DNA of 64,000 bases from assembly GCA_964596015.1 (NCBI GenBank), contig CAZQSB010000001.1, positions 118,023 to 182,022 of the forward strand, given 5' to 3'. The translations under genes and the position numbers were made by a program. The notes under the pieces were generated by a model that was not told where the DNA came from, did no database searches, and was given only the letters and a program-made list of their open reading frames with translations. This DNA comes from an uncultured bacterium. Lineage in GTDB: Bacteria; Joyebacterota; Joyebacteria; Joyebacterales; Joyebacteraceae. Positions 46,594-55,354 of this stretch are shown here, one piece after another (position 1 is the first letter of the stretch; each line of letters starts with the position of its first letter).

Positions 46594-47100
46594 TCAGTGG
46601 TTCGGGGCCTGGCCTTCGGACGGAGGTGTCTCGAACTCGTACCCGAGCTCGGTCCACTTCGCCAGGATCTCCTCTCTGGAGTAGAAACCCTGGTGGCGGA
46701 AGAGCTCATCGCCGGACTCATCGAGGAAGAGCTGCGTGGGGATCACGCTCACGCTGTACTCCCGAGCGGCCTCGGGCTCCTTCCAGACATCGATGAAGAC
46801 AACCTCGAACTCCCCCTCGTACGTCGCCCGCAGCTCCTCGAGAATGGGGGCCATCATCTTGCACGGCGTGCACTTGTCGGCGCCGAGGTCGATCAGCGCC
46901 GGCAGGTCCCGACTTGCGACAGCGGCGTCGGAGGACATGGCGGACGTGTCGGCTCGCGCCTTCCCGGCGGCTCCGTCCGAGGGGACGCCGGTCTCTTCGC
47001 CGCTCCTGTCGCACGCTGCGACGAAGCACGTCAGGATCAGGAAGAGCGCCAGGGCCAGCCTTCCGGTTCGGCCCCGCTTCGCTGCAGTGGCACGTCTCAT
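46594..47100 (-). CDS. Thioredoxin-domain lipoprotein
   Basis: ATG at 47100 overlaps the arsR stop (ATGA). The lipobox is FVAAC and the active site is CTPC. Confidence 0.85.
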   Translation of the reverse strand: MRRATAAKRGRTGRLALALFLILTCFVAACDRSGEETGVPSDGAAGKARADTSAMSSDAAVASRDLPALIDLGADKCTPCKMMAPILEELRATYEGEFEVVFIDVWKEPEAAREYSVSVIPTQLFLDESGDELFRHQGFYSREEILAKWTELGYEFETPPSEGQAPNH

Positions 47101-47426
47101 CACGAATCGGATCTCCTTCCCTGGAGCACGGCCTCGACGCACTCGAAGAACCTAAGCACGCAGGGTACCCTCAGGCTGTAGTACATGTGCGAACCGCGCT
47201 TTTCGGCCGCGACGATACCGGCCGAGCGCAGGACCGAGAGGTGGCGCGACACCGTCGACATGTCCGCGCCGACGAGCTTGGTCAGCTCGTTGACGCAGAG
47301 CTCTCCCTCGGAAAGGACATCCACGATATAGAGGCGCGTCGCGTGGGCCATCGCCTTGATGATCTCGGCCCGCTCCCCATATCTCGTCTTCTCCTCGGAA
47401 TATGTCGTCTTCTCCTCAGAACGCAT
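47100..47426 (-). CDS. arsR: ArsR/SmtB family metalloregulator
   Basis: ATG at 47426 lies 6 nt after AAGGAG. The HTH reads ELCVNELTKLVGADMSTVSRHLSVL. The N-terminus carries a tandem 7-aa duplication (SEEKTTY/SEEKTRY), encoded by a 21-bp-period repeat at 47385-47421. Confidence 0.9.
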   Translation of the reverse strand: MRSEEKTTYSEEKTRYGERAEIIKAMAHATRLYIVDVLSEGELCVNELTKLVGADMSTVSRHLSVLRSAGIVAAEKRGSHMYYSLRVPCVLRFFECVEAVLQGRRSDS

Positions 47427-47446
47427 GGGAGGCTCCTTCCCTATAT

Positions 47447-47483
47447 ATTTGCACATTTTACCAAATCACCAAGTCCCATGCAA
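47447..47483 (-). promoter_or_regulatory. Predicted arsR operon promoter with an overlapping dyad (candidate ArsR operator)
   Basis: On the minus strand: TTGCAT (47483-47478), a 17-nt spacer, then TAAAAT (47460-47455). The dyad ATTTG-N10-CAAAT (47447-47466) spans the -10 element. This is a local AT-rich island. Confidence 0.55.
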
Positions 47484-47591
47484 GGGCTTTCGCTCGCTCA
47501 GAACGCGGAGAGGCCCCGGGAACAGCGTCCCGGGGCCTCCCTGTCCTCGCGCTCCCGGCTCGTCCGAAACGGGCGCGCGTCGTCTCGTCGT

Positions 47592-48011
47592 CTAGTACCC
47601 GCTCCCCATCTGCGTGAGCGCGCCCATGAGCCCGGCGGTGCCCGCGACGATCATCGAGATGATCGCCACGATGATGCCGATGAGAGCGAGGATGCCCTGA
47701 ATGGTGAAATACGTCTTGATCTTGGAGAGCGATTTGTGGAGCTCCCTCTTGTCGCCCATCTGGTGGGCTCCCTCGACGGCGCCGGCGGACTGGAAGAGCA
47801 GCACGCCGAGCCAGATCGGAAGCCAGCAGATGAGGATCCCGACGATGGTGAAGATCAACATGATGCCGTAGATGATCATCAGGACGCCGAGGAACTTCAT
47901 CCAGCCCTTCGCCTCGAAGAGCGGACTCGAAACATCCTTCACGACCTGATCGCCGCCGGACGGCGCCGGGGACGACTCGGGGGCCTGAGGCCTCTCCGCA
48001 TACTCGCCCAT
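47592..48011 (-). CDS. Small polytopic membrane protein (DUF5362-like)
   Basis: ATG at 48011 lies 6 nt after GGGAGG. Three or four TM helices are present. G+C is lower than in neighbouring genes. Confidence 0.6.
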   Translation of the reverse strand: MGEYAERPQAPESSPAPSGGDQVVKDVSSPLFEAKGWMKFLGVLMIIYGIMLIFTIVGILICWLPIWLGVLLFQSAGAVEGAHQMGDKRELHKSLSKIKTYFTIQGILALIGIIVAIISMIVAGTAGLMGALTQMGSGY

Positions 48012-48095
48012 CACACACCTCCCTCAAGAGTGTGAACGTGCCAACTCGCGGGCAGATTAGCAGGATGAATGAGAAAGCGTCAAGCGCGCAGTACG

Positions 48096-49319
48096 CTATC
48101 CCTCGGCGCCGTGGTCATGGCCGAATTCGTCCCGGTCGTAGGTCATGCCCGGCTTCCAGGCCGACATCTCGCGAAGCCGCTCGATGATACCCGGGAGAGT
48201 CTCAAGCGTCCGCTCAACGTCCTCTTCGGTCGACCAGCGGCCCAGCGTGAGCTGGAGCGAGCCGTGGGCCTCCTCGTGAAGCACGCCCATCGCGATCTGC
48301 ACGTACGACGGCTCGAGCGTCTTGACCGAGCACGCCGAGCCGGTCGAGGCCCGGATGCCCTCCATGTCGAGCGACAGAATGAGGCTCTCGCCCTCGATGT
48401 ACTTGAAGCGGATGTTGACGTTGTTGGGGAGCCGGCGTTCGCGTGAGCCGTTCACCTCCGCGTCGTCGATCGTCCCGAGAATGCCGTCGAAGAGCCTGTT
48501 CCGAAGCGGCTTCACGCGCTCCACGTCGGACGCCATCTCGACCGAAGCAAGCTCGGCCGCCTTGCCGAAGCCGACCAGGCCATGGACGTTCTCTGTCCCG
48601 GAGCGGAGTCCCCGCTCCTGGCCGCCCCCGTGGACGATGGCCTCGAGCCTGGTGCCCTTCCGTACGTAGAGGGCACCCACACCCTTCGGCCCGTAGATGT
48701 CGTTCGACGACAGCGTGACGAGGTCGAACGGGAGGGTCGAGACGTCGATCGGGATCCAGGCCTCGGCCGGGACGACGTCCGTATGGAAGAGCACGCCGCG
48801 TTCCTTCGCGACCGAGGCGATCTCCCCGACCGGCTGGATGGTGCCGACCTCCCCGTTGGCCATCATGACCGACACGAGAATGGTGTCGTCGCGGATAGCA
48901 TCCCTCACAGCCGCAGGGTCCACGGAAGCCTCGTCGTCGACCGGAAGCCACGTGACCTCGAACCCGTGCTTCTCGAGGTACTTGAGCGGAGTGATGATCG
49001 AGCGGTGCTCGATGACGGACGAGACGATGTGCCTGCCCTTGTCGGCCATCCTGCGGGCGACGCCCTTCAGGGCGAGATTGGAAGCCTCGGTCGCGCCTGA
49101 GGTGAAGATGACCTCCGAAGGGTCGGCGCCGATGAACGACGCCACGCGCTGCCGCGCGGTCTCCACGGCCTCACGCGCCGGGTCGCCGTCCGAGTGGAGC
49201 ACGGAGGGGTTCCCGAAGCGTTCCGTCATGTAGGGAAGCATCTCGTCGACGACGCGCGGGTCGACCGGCGCGCCGGACTGGTAATCGAGGTATCCGCGTG
49301 CCGCCGGAACGTCCGGCAT
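48096..49319 (-). CDS. Class V aminotransferase-fold IscS/NifS-like protein lacking the PLP-binding lysine
   Basis: ATG at 49319 is preceded by AAGGAGG. It aligns by eye with IscS throughout. The Cys loop STGSACS is present. The canonical SGHK is replaced by SSND (codons at 48699-48710). Confidence 0.9.
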   Translation of the reverse strand: MPDVPAARGYLDYQSGAPVDPRVVDEMLPYMTERFGNPSVLHSDGDPAREAVETARQRVASFIGADPSEVIFTSGATEASNLALKGVARRMADKGRHIVSSVIEHRSIITPLKYLEKHGFEVTWLPVDDEASVDPAAVRDAIRDDTILVSVMMANGEVGTIQPVGEIASVAKERGVLFHTDVVPAEAWIPIDVSTLPFDLVTLSSNDIYGPKGVGALYVRKGTRLEAIVHGGGQERGLRSGTENVHGLVGFGKAAELASVEMASDVERVKPLRNRLFDGILGTIDDAEVNGSRERRLPNNVNIRFKYIEGESLILSLDMEGIRASTGSACSVKTLEPSYVQIAMGVLHEEAHGSLQLTLGRWSTEEDVERTLETLPGIIERLREMSAWKPGMTYDRDEFGHDHGAEG

Positions 49320-49381
49320 GGGGCACCTCCTTTCGCATCGCGTGCGCCGCCCGGGCGGGCGCGCGGCGGACGGCGGGACCG

Positions 49382-49750
49382 TCAGAAGCTGATGACGGCG
49401 TCCGCCTCGAGCATGAGGTCGTTCAACGTGGCCGCGCCGACCACGTCGCACTGCCCGATGTAGTCGCCTCTGGAAAGGCCCAGCATCTGCGTGCTCTGGT
49501 CACAGGCCTGAAGCCTCACGCCCGCGTCGGCCGCGCGCCTCAGAACCTCGGAGAGACGCGGGAAGCTGCCCATCTGCACACGCTCAGCCTCGCCGGCCTT
49601 GACGACCGTCACGCCCTTCCCGAGGAAGTAGACGGTCGCGTCGATGCCCATCGAGGCGGCCGTCGTGGCCAGAACGAGCGGCGCGTATGTCCTCTCAGGC
49701 GTGTCGACACCCGAGGTCTGAACGTACAGTATCCGCTTCTTCTCCGCCAT
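49382..49750 (-). CDS. DsrE/DsrF-like sulfur relay family protein
   Basis: 122 aa. The sequence reads ILYVQTSG...YFLGKGV...LQACDQS. Confidence 0.8.
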   Translation of the reverse strand: MAEKKRILYVQTSGVDTPERTYAPLVLATTAASMGIDATVYFLGKGVTVVKAGEAERVQMGSFPRLSEVLRRAADAGVRLQACDQSTQMLGLSRGDYIGQCDVVGAATLNDLMLEADAVISF

Positions 49751-49752
49751 GG

Positions 49753-49998
49753 CTACCTCCTCCGGATGAGGAACCGGTACACCCCTTCGACCTCGTCGAC
49801 CGAGACGAGTTCGTGCCCCGTGCGCCGGGCCCAGCTCTCGATGTCCGACCGAGAGGAGGGATCATCAGCCAGAAGCTCAAGGACCGCGCCGGGGTCGAGC
49901 GACTCGATCGTCTCGTTGGCGCGTATCACCGGCTCCGGACAGAACTGCCCGATCATGTCGAGTGTCTGATCGACCCTGACGTCGTCTGAGCCGGGCAT
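49753..49998 (-). CDS. tusA: TusA-family sulfurtransferase
   Basis: 81 aa with the active-site context GQFCPEP. Confidence 0.85.
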   Translation of the reverse strand: MPGSDDVRVDQTLDMIGQFCPEPVIRANETIESLDPGAVLELLADDPSSRSDIESWARRTGHELVSVDEVEGVYRFLIRRR

Positions 49999-50271
49999 AC
50001 CTCACTCCTCCCAAAAAGAGACCCGCGAGCCCCGTGCCAGGATGCGCGCACAGTTACCAGACGAAGCCCGCGAGTCATGAATGCCTGTATCGGTTCATCT
50101 TCTTCCGCTTCTTATGATGCGGCCGACGTGCTCCGGATTCGCCGATGGCAATGAGACCGCTGCGCGACGCGCGTCCTCGGCGCGCCGCCGCATCCGGGTC
50201 CGGGCGCCCTGAGAACGAGGCCTGCGTCGTCTGATCCACCGGAGAGCGCGGGTGCCCCTCGGGCGCCCGTC

Positions 50272-51033
50272 TTACCAGCCGAGCGCCAGGATGAGGATCC
50301 TCTGAACGGCGACGAAATAGGGGTCGAGGATGTTGAAGAACAGGAGCGCGATGATGACGAACATGCCGTAGCGACCGAACGCGAGGTAGCGGCCGGCGGT
50401 ATCGGGCGGCAGGAACGCCGCGACGAGGCGCGACCCGTCGAGCGGCGGCACCGGCAGCAGGTTGAAGAACGCGATGATCAGATTGATCCACGCGCCGACC
50501 ATGCCGACGAACTGCGCCCACGCGGGCCAGCCGAGGAGAGCGGCCGCGCGATAGAGGAGAACGTAGGCGAGGAACTGCAGCAGGTTGGACGCCGGACCCG
50601 CGGCGGAGCTCAGCGCGAACCCGCGGAGCGGGTCTCTGAAGTACCTGATGTCGACCGGCACCGGCTTCGCCCAGCCGATGACGAACGGGAGGCCCGTGAT
50701 GCGGCTTGTGAGAAGCAGGAAGCCCGGGACCAGAATGCTGCCGAAGGGATCGATGTGTGGGATCGGGTTCAGAGTGAGGCGGCCCATTCTCCGGGCGGTC
50801 GGATCGCCGAGGCGCTCAGCCATGTAGCCGTGTGCCACCTCGTGGACAATGATGGCCGGGATGAGGACCGCGATCTGGATCGCGATCATGACCGGCTTCG
50901 GAATGCCGATACCGGTCTGCGTCGTCGCGACCGCGAGGATCTCTCTCAGGCCGATGCCGAGGAACCCGGCCGTCAGAAGCGCGGGGACGAAACCAAACTC
51001 GCTCGTCCGTTCGTTCACGGGCTCTCCTTCCAC
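50272..51033 (-). CDS. Site-2 protease family (M50) membrane metalloprotease
   Basis: It has a GTG start. Motifs HEVAHG and NLLPVPPLDG are present, with multiple TM helices. Confidence 0.85.
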   Translation of the reverse strand: MEGEPVNERTSEFGFVPALLTAGFLGIGLREILAVATTQTGIGIPKPVMIAIQIAVLIPAIIVHEVAHGYMAERLGDPTARRMGRLTLNPIPHIDPFGSILVPGFLLLTSRITGLPFVIGWAKPVPVDIRYFRDPLRGFALSSAAGPASNLLQFLAYVLLYRAAALLGWPAWAQFVGMVGAWINLIIAFFNLLPVPPLDGSRLVAAFLPPDTAGRYLAFGRYGMFVIIALLFFNILDPYFVAVQRILILALGW

Positions 51034-51713
51034 GCGTCGACCAGTCGGACGATGTCCGGGAACGCCCGCATGACCTCGCAGTCGACCTCGTCGTAGGCGC
51101 CGACGGGGTCGAAGAGCACGGGACGGATCCCAACGCTCCGGGCGCCGACGACGTCGACGGCGTAGTAGTCGCCGACGTAGGCGACGTCCTCAGCCGAGAG
51201 ACCGCCCAGAGCGAGCGCGGCGTCGAAGATCGAACGCTCGGGCTTGCTGGACCCGATGACCGCTGAGTCGATCACGAAGTCGAAGTCGTCCCTGATGCCG
51301 AGCGCGCCGAGTCTCTCATCGAGCCGCCCGTCCGAGTTCGAGACTATTCCGATCACCTCGACCCGGGTCCGGAGCTCGTCGATCGTCTCCCGGTATCCAT
51401 CGACCGGGACCTTCCAGATGCCGAGGTCCCGGTCGTTCGCTTCTCTGGTGAGCTCGATGGCTGCCGGGATGTCCGGCTCCGGCACGCCGAGGTGCCTATA
51501 GAAGGGAGTGTAGTAGATGTCCCAGAAGCCCGAGACGTCCCGTCCGCCGGATGCGCCGACGGCCTCGTCGAACGCCGATCGGGCGCGCGTCTCCGCCACG
51601 ACCGCGTCGTCGACATCGATGTCGATGCCGAGCTCTCCGGCGACGTCGCGGTAGATCGAGTAGTCTGGAAAGATGAGCGTGTTGCCCGCGTCGAAGTAGA
51701 CGCCCCGGATCAT
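51015..51713 (-). CDS. HAD-superfamily hydrolase (subfamily IA-like)
   Basis: ATG at 51713. Motif I is VYFDAGNTL, motif II is IVSNS, and motif IV is GDYYAVD. The longer ORF N-terminus is Arg-rich and rejected. Confidence 0.85.
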   Translation of the reverse strand: MIRGVYFDAGNTLIFPDYSIYRDVAGELGIDIDVDDAVVAETRARSAFDEAVGASGGRDVSGFWDIYYTPFYRHLGVPEPDIPAAIELTREANDRDLGIWKVPVDGYRETIDELRTRVEVIGIVSNSDGRLDERLGALGIRDDFDFVIDSAVIGSSKPERSIFDAALALGGLSAEDVAYVGDYYAVDVVGARSVGIRPVLFDPVGAYDEVDCEVMRAFPDIVRLVDAWKESP

Positions 51714-51736
51714 TGTCCCCCTCTTACGGTCGCGCG

Positions 51737-53131
51737 TCAGCTGCCGGCGGTCCTTTCCGCCAGTATGCCTGCATTCAGGGCGTGAAGCCAGGCGTTCTTG
51801 TAGTGCCTGAGAGCCGTCTTCTCGCTCCCGATCGGGCCGCCCTCGACGGCCAGTCCCTCGTCGAACGCGGTCCGCATCGACGAGGCCGCGAGAAGCGCGG
51901 TCTGAAGCTCCGCGTCCTCCCGCATACGCCGGTCGACCTCCTCGAGAAGCTCGAGACGGCGTCTCTGGTCGGCGTTGTCGCTCAAGCCGACGTCGCTCTT
52001 GAGACGCTCCTCGACGGCGTCGCAGACGCCGGCCACGAAGTTGCCCGTGTAGTAGACGCCGTACTCGACGAGCAGTCTGTCGGCCACGACGATGCGTTCC
52101 GCCAGAGCGCTCACGCGCTCGCTGACCGACTCCTCGAGCTCTCCCATCTCCATGATCTCGTCGAGCATGTCTCCGACGAGCTCCTGATCGTGAAGGAAGA
52201 GCTTCCATGGCACGTTGGCATGGTCCGAGTCCCCGAGAGAACCCTCGACCATCTCCAGCGTGACAAGGACCTCGTTGAGCGCGGTGGCCATGCCGCTGAA
52301 CGCCAGGCTCGACGTCCTGGCCAGCTCGAGCGCCGGCCTCATCCTGCCGGCGAGGCGGCGCGCCTCGCTCGTCGCGAGAAGCACCTCGTTCCACTCAGCG
52401 CTCAGAAGAGGGCTCCCGCTCTCCCGAATCTCCCACACAATCTGCTCGAGTTCGTCGGCCTTCGCAATCACCTCGTCGCTGATGGTGCCGAGGTTCGACG
52501 TGTTCTGGTTGATGCTGACGGCCGACTCCGCGATGGCGCCGTACTCGCCCTTGTCGAGCGCGCGTCGTCCGCTCCGGGCGCTCGTCGACAGCTCACCGCC
52601 GATGCGGTCCGCCGCCTGTCCCAGCGCGAGGAGCCTGTTCACGGTCGACTCGAGGTTCCGTGCCACCGTGCGGCTCTCTCCGGCCGCCGACTCGTGCCAG
52701 ACGACGAAGCCGAAGAGGGTGTCGCGAACGGCGCCCTCGGCGGTCACGAGTCTCGATATCCCGCGGATGCCGAACGCCGAGTCGATCTCGCCGATCGCCG
52801 AGAGCGTCTCCTCGATGCGCTGCGTGACATCGGCCAGCTCGTTCGCGGAGACCAGCACCAGCCCCATGCCGCTCTCGCCGTCGGACTCGGCGAGAGTGAC
52901 GGCCTCAGCCGCGACGCCCTCGATGAACGCCCGGCGGTGCTCGAGCGACGCCTCCACAAGCCACTTCGGCAGCGGGACCTCGTATCCGTACCCGCTCTCG
53001 GGCGGCGCCGCGGGGGTCATGTAGGAGTCCCTCTCCTGCGCCGCCACAGGCGACGCCGAGAAAAGGACCGCGACCAGAAGTCCCATCGTGAGAAGTCCAG
53101 GTGCTCGTCGCGACATCACTGTCCTCATCAT
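51737..53131 (-). CDS. Secreted hypothetical protein (helical, about 460 aa)
   Basis: The starts ATGATG at 53131/53128 follow GAGGAGGAG. The signal peptide is LLTMGLLVAVLFSASPVAAQ. No family was recognised. Confidence 0.6.
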   Translation of the reverse strand: MMRTVMSRRAPGLLTMGLLVAVLFSASPVAAQERDSYMTPAAPPESGYGYEVPLPKWLVEASLEHRRAFIEGVAAEAVTLAESDGESGMGLVLVSANELADVTQRIEETLSAIGEIDSAFGIRGISRLVTAEGAVRDTLFGFVVWHESAAGESRTVARNLESTVNRLLALGQAADRIGGELSTSARSGRRALDKGEYGAIAESAVSINQNTSNLGTISDEVIAKADELEQIVWEIRESGSPLLSAEWNEVLLATSEARRLAGRMRPALELARTSSLAFSGMATALNEVLVTLEMVEGSLGDSDHANVPWKLFLHDQELVGDMLDEIMEMGELEESVSERVSALAERIVVADRLLVEYGVYYTGNFVAGVCDAVEERLKSDVGLSDNADQRRRLELLEEVDRRMREDAELQTALLAASSMRTAFDEGLAVEGGPIGSEKTALRHYKNAWLHALNAGILAERTAGS

Positions 53132-53242
53132 CTCCTCCTCAGTCGTGCATGCGACGCACGCACGGTCACTCGCCGCGAGCCGCGGTATGATAACACAGGG
53201 CTCCCGGACGCACCAATCCGCCCGGCGGGCGCCCTGCGCCTC

Positions 53243-53271
53243 TTGCCCTTCCGGTCCTCTCCATGCATAAT
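53243..53271 (+). promoter_or_regulatory. Possible sigma70-type promoter for the DUF3857 cluster
   Basis: TTGCCC (53243-53248), a 17-nt spacer, then CATAAT (53266-53271). It lies 71 nt upstream of the ATG at 53342. Confidence 0.35.
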
Positions 53272-53341
53272 CGTTTCCCGAAGTCCCGATGTAACACACG
53301 AAAACACCAACACAGCGTGGAACTGCGCGAAAGGAGCAGGC

Positions 53342-55354
53342 ATGCTTGCGGGAAAGTCACTGTCGGTCTTGTTTACTGCGCTCGCGGCGGTCGCGGTCCT
53401 GGCCGCCCCCGCGGCGGGCGCACCGGAGCCTCTCGAGCTCGACGAGGCCGTCCGGCTGATCGGAGAGACCGGCGGAGCGGGTGAGTATCCCGACGCGAAC
53501 GCCGTCGTCATCTTCGACAGGACCCTGGTCGAGTTCGAGGAATCGGGCGCGTTCGAGCAGTACTCGCATTCGCTCACGAAGATCCTGACCGACGAGGGCG
53601 CCGACGACTTCGCGGACCACTCGACCGTGTACCACCAGCGGTACGGGACGAGCGAGATCCTCATGGCGCGCGTCATCAAGTCGGACGGTTCCGAGATCGT
53701 CGTCGGGGACGATCTCATCACGGACGGGACGCCCCCGACCCTCTCGGCGATGAACATCTACGAGACCGATTTCCGTGAGAAGACCCTCGTTTTCCCGAAC
53801 CTCGAACCGGGTGACGCCATCGAGCTCCTGACGCACGACGACTACGAACCCCTCATCGAGGACGCCTACGCCTCGTCGTTCTACGTGCAGTTCAGCGAGC
53901 CGATCCTCGAGTCGACGGTGACCGTTCAGGGCCCGCCCGACATGCCGCTCAGGCACGCGGTGACCGGTGACGTCGAGGTGGAGTTCGAGGAGCGGTCCGT
54001 CGTGGAAGACCCGGACAGCGGCGAGGGCGGCGACTGGACCTACTACCGCTGGACGGCGCGCAACGTGCCGAAGGTCGAGCGCGAGCTCGGCATGGCTCCC
54101 ATGCCGCAGATCGCGACGAGGGTCAACGTCTCGACCATCCACGAGTGGGCGGAGCTGTCGAACAAGCTCTTCCAGATGTACGACGAGAAGTGCGTCGCCG
54201 ACGAACCGGTGAAGGAGCTCGTCGCCGAGCTCACCGAGGGACTCGAGACGAAGGAAGAGAAGATCCGGGCGATCCACTACTGGATCCTCGAGAACGTGCG
54301 CTACCTGGGCATCGGCATGGACTTCGGCGCGTTTCTCGAGCCGCACCTTCCGAGCTACACGCTCGAGAAGGAGTACGGCATCTGCCGCGACAAGGCGCTC
54401 CTCATGGTCGCCATGCTCGAGGAGATCGGTGTCCCCGCGTGGGTCACAGTGATCAACGTCTCGAAGAAGACGGATCCCGAGGTCCCGAACACGTCCTTCG
54501 AACACGGCATCGTCGCCATCGAGGGAGAGGACGGGGAGTACCTCTACATCGACCCGACCATCGAGACGAGCCGCGAGGTCTACGCGACCTACCCGGGCGA
54601 CCGGTGGGTGCTCGTGCTCCGCGACGGCGGAGAGGACCTGAGGAAGGCTCCCCACTACCCTCCGGACCGGAACTCCGGCAGGATCATCGAGACCGCCGAG
54701 ATCGCAGAGGACGGTTCGATCGCCGGAACGGTCGTGGTCACGGGCAACGGCATCTACGAGGACATGCTGCGCCAGATCGCCAGAGCGACCTCGCCGGAGC
54801 AGATGAGGATGATCTGGGAGGAGTCCGTGCAGTCGCTCTATCCTGGCGCCGCCATGACGGAGTTCCAGTCGACCGACGCCGAAGACCTCTCCGCGCCGAT
54901 GGAGATCACGATCGGCTACGCGGTGGACGACTACGTCCTCGAGGCCGAACCGTACGCGCTCTTCCGCGTGCCGTCGGCCACGGGCGCCTTCGACTTCCTC
55001 TCGGAGCTGCTCGTCGGCCGGCTGACGTCGCTCCCCGAGCGCGAACACCCTATCCACATCGGGGCGACCATAGGTCTCGTCGAGAAGGCCGAGATCACGA
55101 TCCCGGACGGTTACGCCCTGAAGAGCATGCCTGACCCGGTCACGTTCGACGAGGACGCCGTGACGCTCGACATGGACTACGACTTCACCCGGGCCGGGGA
55201 GAACGGCGGCAAGGGGCTCGTGTCCTACTCGAAGACGTTCGGCATCCACTCGTTCCAGGTCTCGCCCGAAGGCTACCAGGAGATGCGCAGGGCGGCCCGT
55301 CTTGCGGACCGCTCCATCCGGGGCGAGGTCATTCTCGTGAGAGAGGAGGGCTAG
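53342..55354 (+). CDS. DUF3857 / transglutaminase-like / DUF3858 secreted protein (catalytic triad intact)
   Basis: ATG at 53342 lies after AAAGGAG. It has a signal peptide. The transglutaminase core reads YGICRDKALLMV (Cys), FEHGIV (His), IDPT (Asp). Confidence 0.85.
   Translation: MLAGKSLSVLFTALAAVAVLAAPAAGAPEPLELDEAVRLIGETGGAGEYPDANAVVIFDRTLVEFEESGAFEQYSHSLTKILTDEGADDFADHSTVYHQRYGTSEILMARVIKSDGSEIVVGDDLITDGTPPTLSAMNIYETDFREKTLVFPNLEPGDAIELLTHDDYEPLIEDAYASSFYVQFSEPILESTVTVQGPPDMPLRHAVTGDVEVEFEERSVVEDPDSGEGGDWTYYRWTARNVPKVERELGMAPMPQIATRVNVSTIHEWAELSNKLFQMYDEKCVADEPVKELVAELTEGLETKEEKIRAIHYWILENVRYLGIGMDFGAFLEPHLPSYTLEKEYGICRDKALLMVAMLEEIGVPAWVTVINVSKKTDPEVPNTSFEHGIVAIEGEDGEYLYIDPTIETSREVYATYPGDRWVLVLRDGGEDLRKAPHYPPDRNSGRIIETAEIAEDGSIAGTVVVTGNGIYEDMLRQIARATSPEQMRMIWEESVQSLYPGAAMTEFQSTDAEDLSAPMEITIGYAVDDYVLEAEPYALFRVPSATGAFDFLSELLVGRLTSLPEREHPIHIGATIGLVEKAEITIPDGYALKSMPDPVTFDEDAVTLDMDYDFTRAGENGGKGLVSYSKTFGIHSFQVSPEGYQEMRRAARLADRSIRGEVILVREEG

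Noticed and set aside
51713-53341. N-terminal 540 codons of the 1213-aa plus ORF, and the 51714-52394 extension of the HAD ORF.
   Set aside because: Both are antisense to, or overlap, the secreted-protein gene, and their composition is shadow-like. The real starts at 53342 and 51713 have an RBS, and 53342 is additionally followed by a signal peptide.
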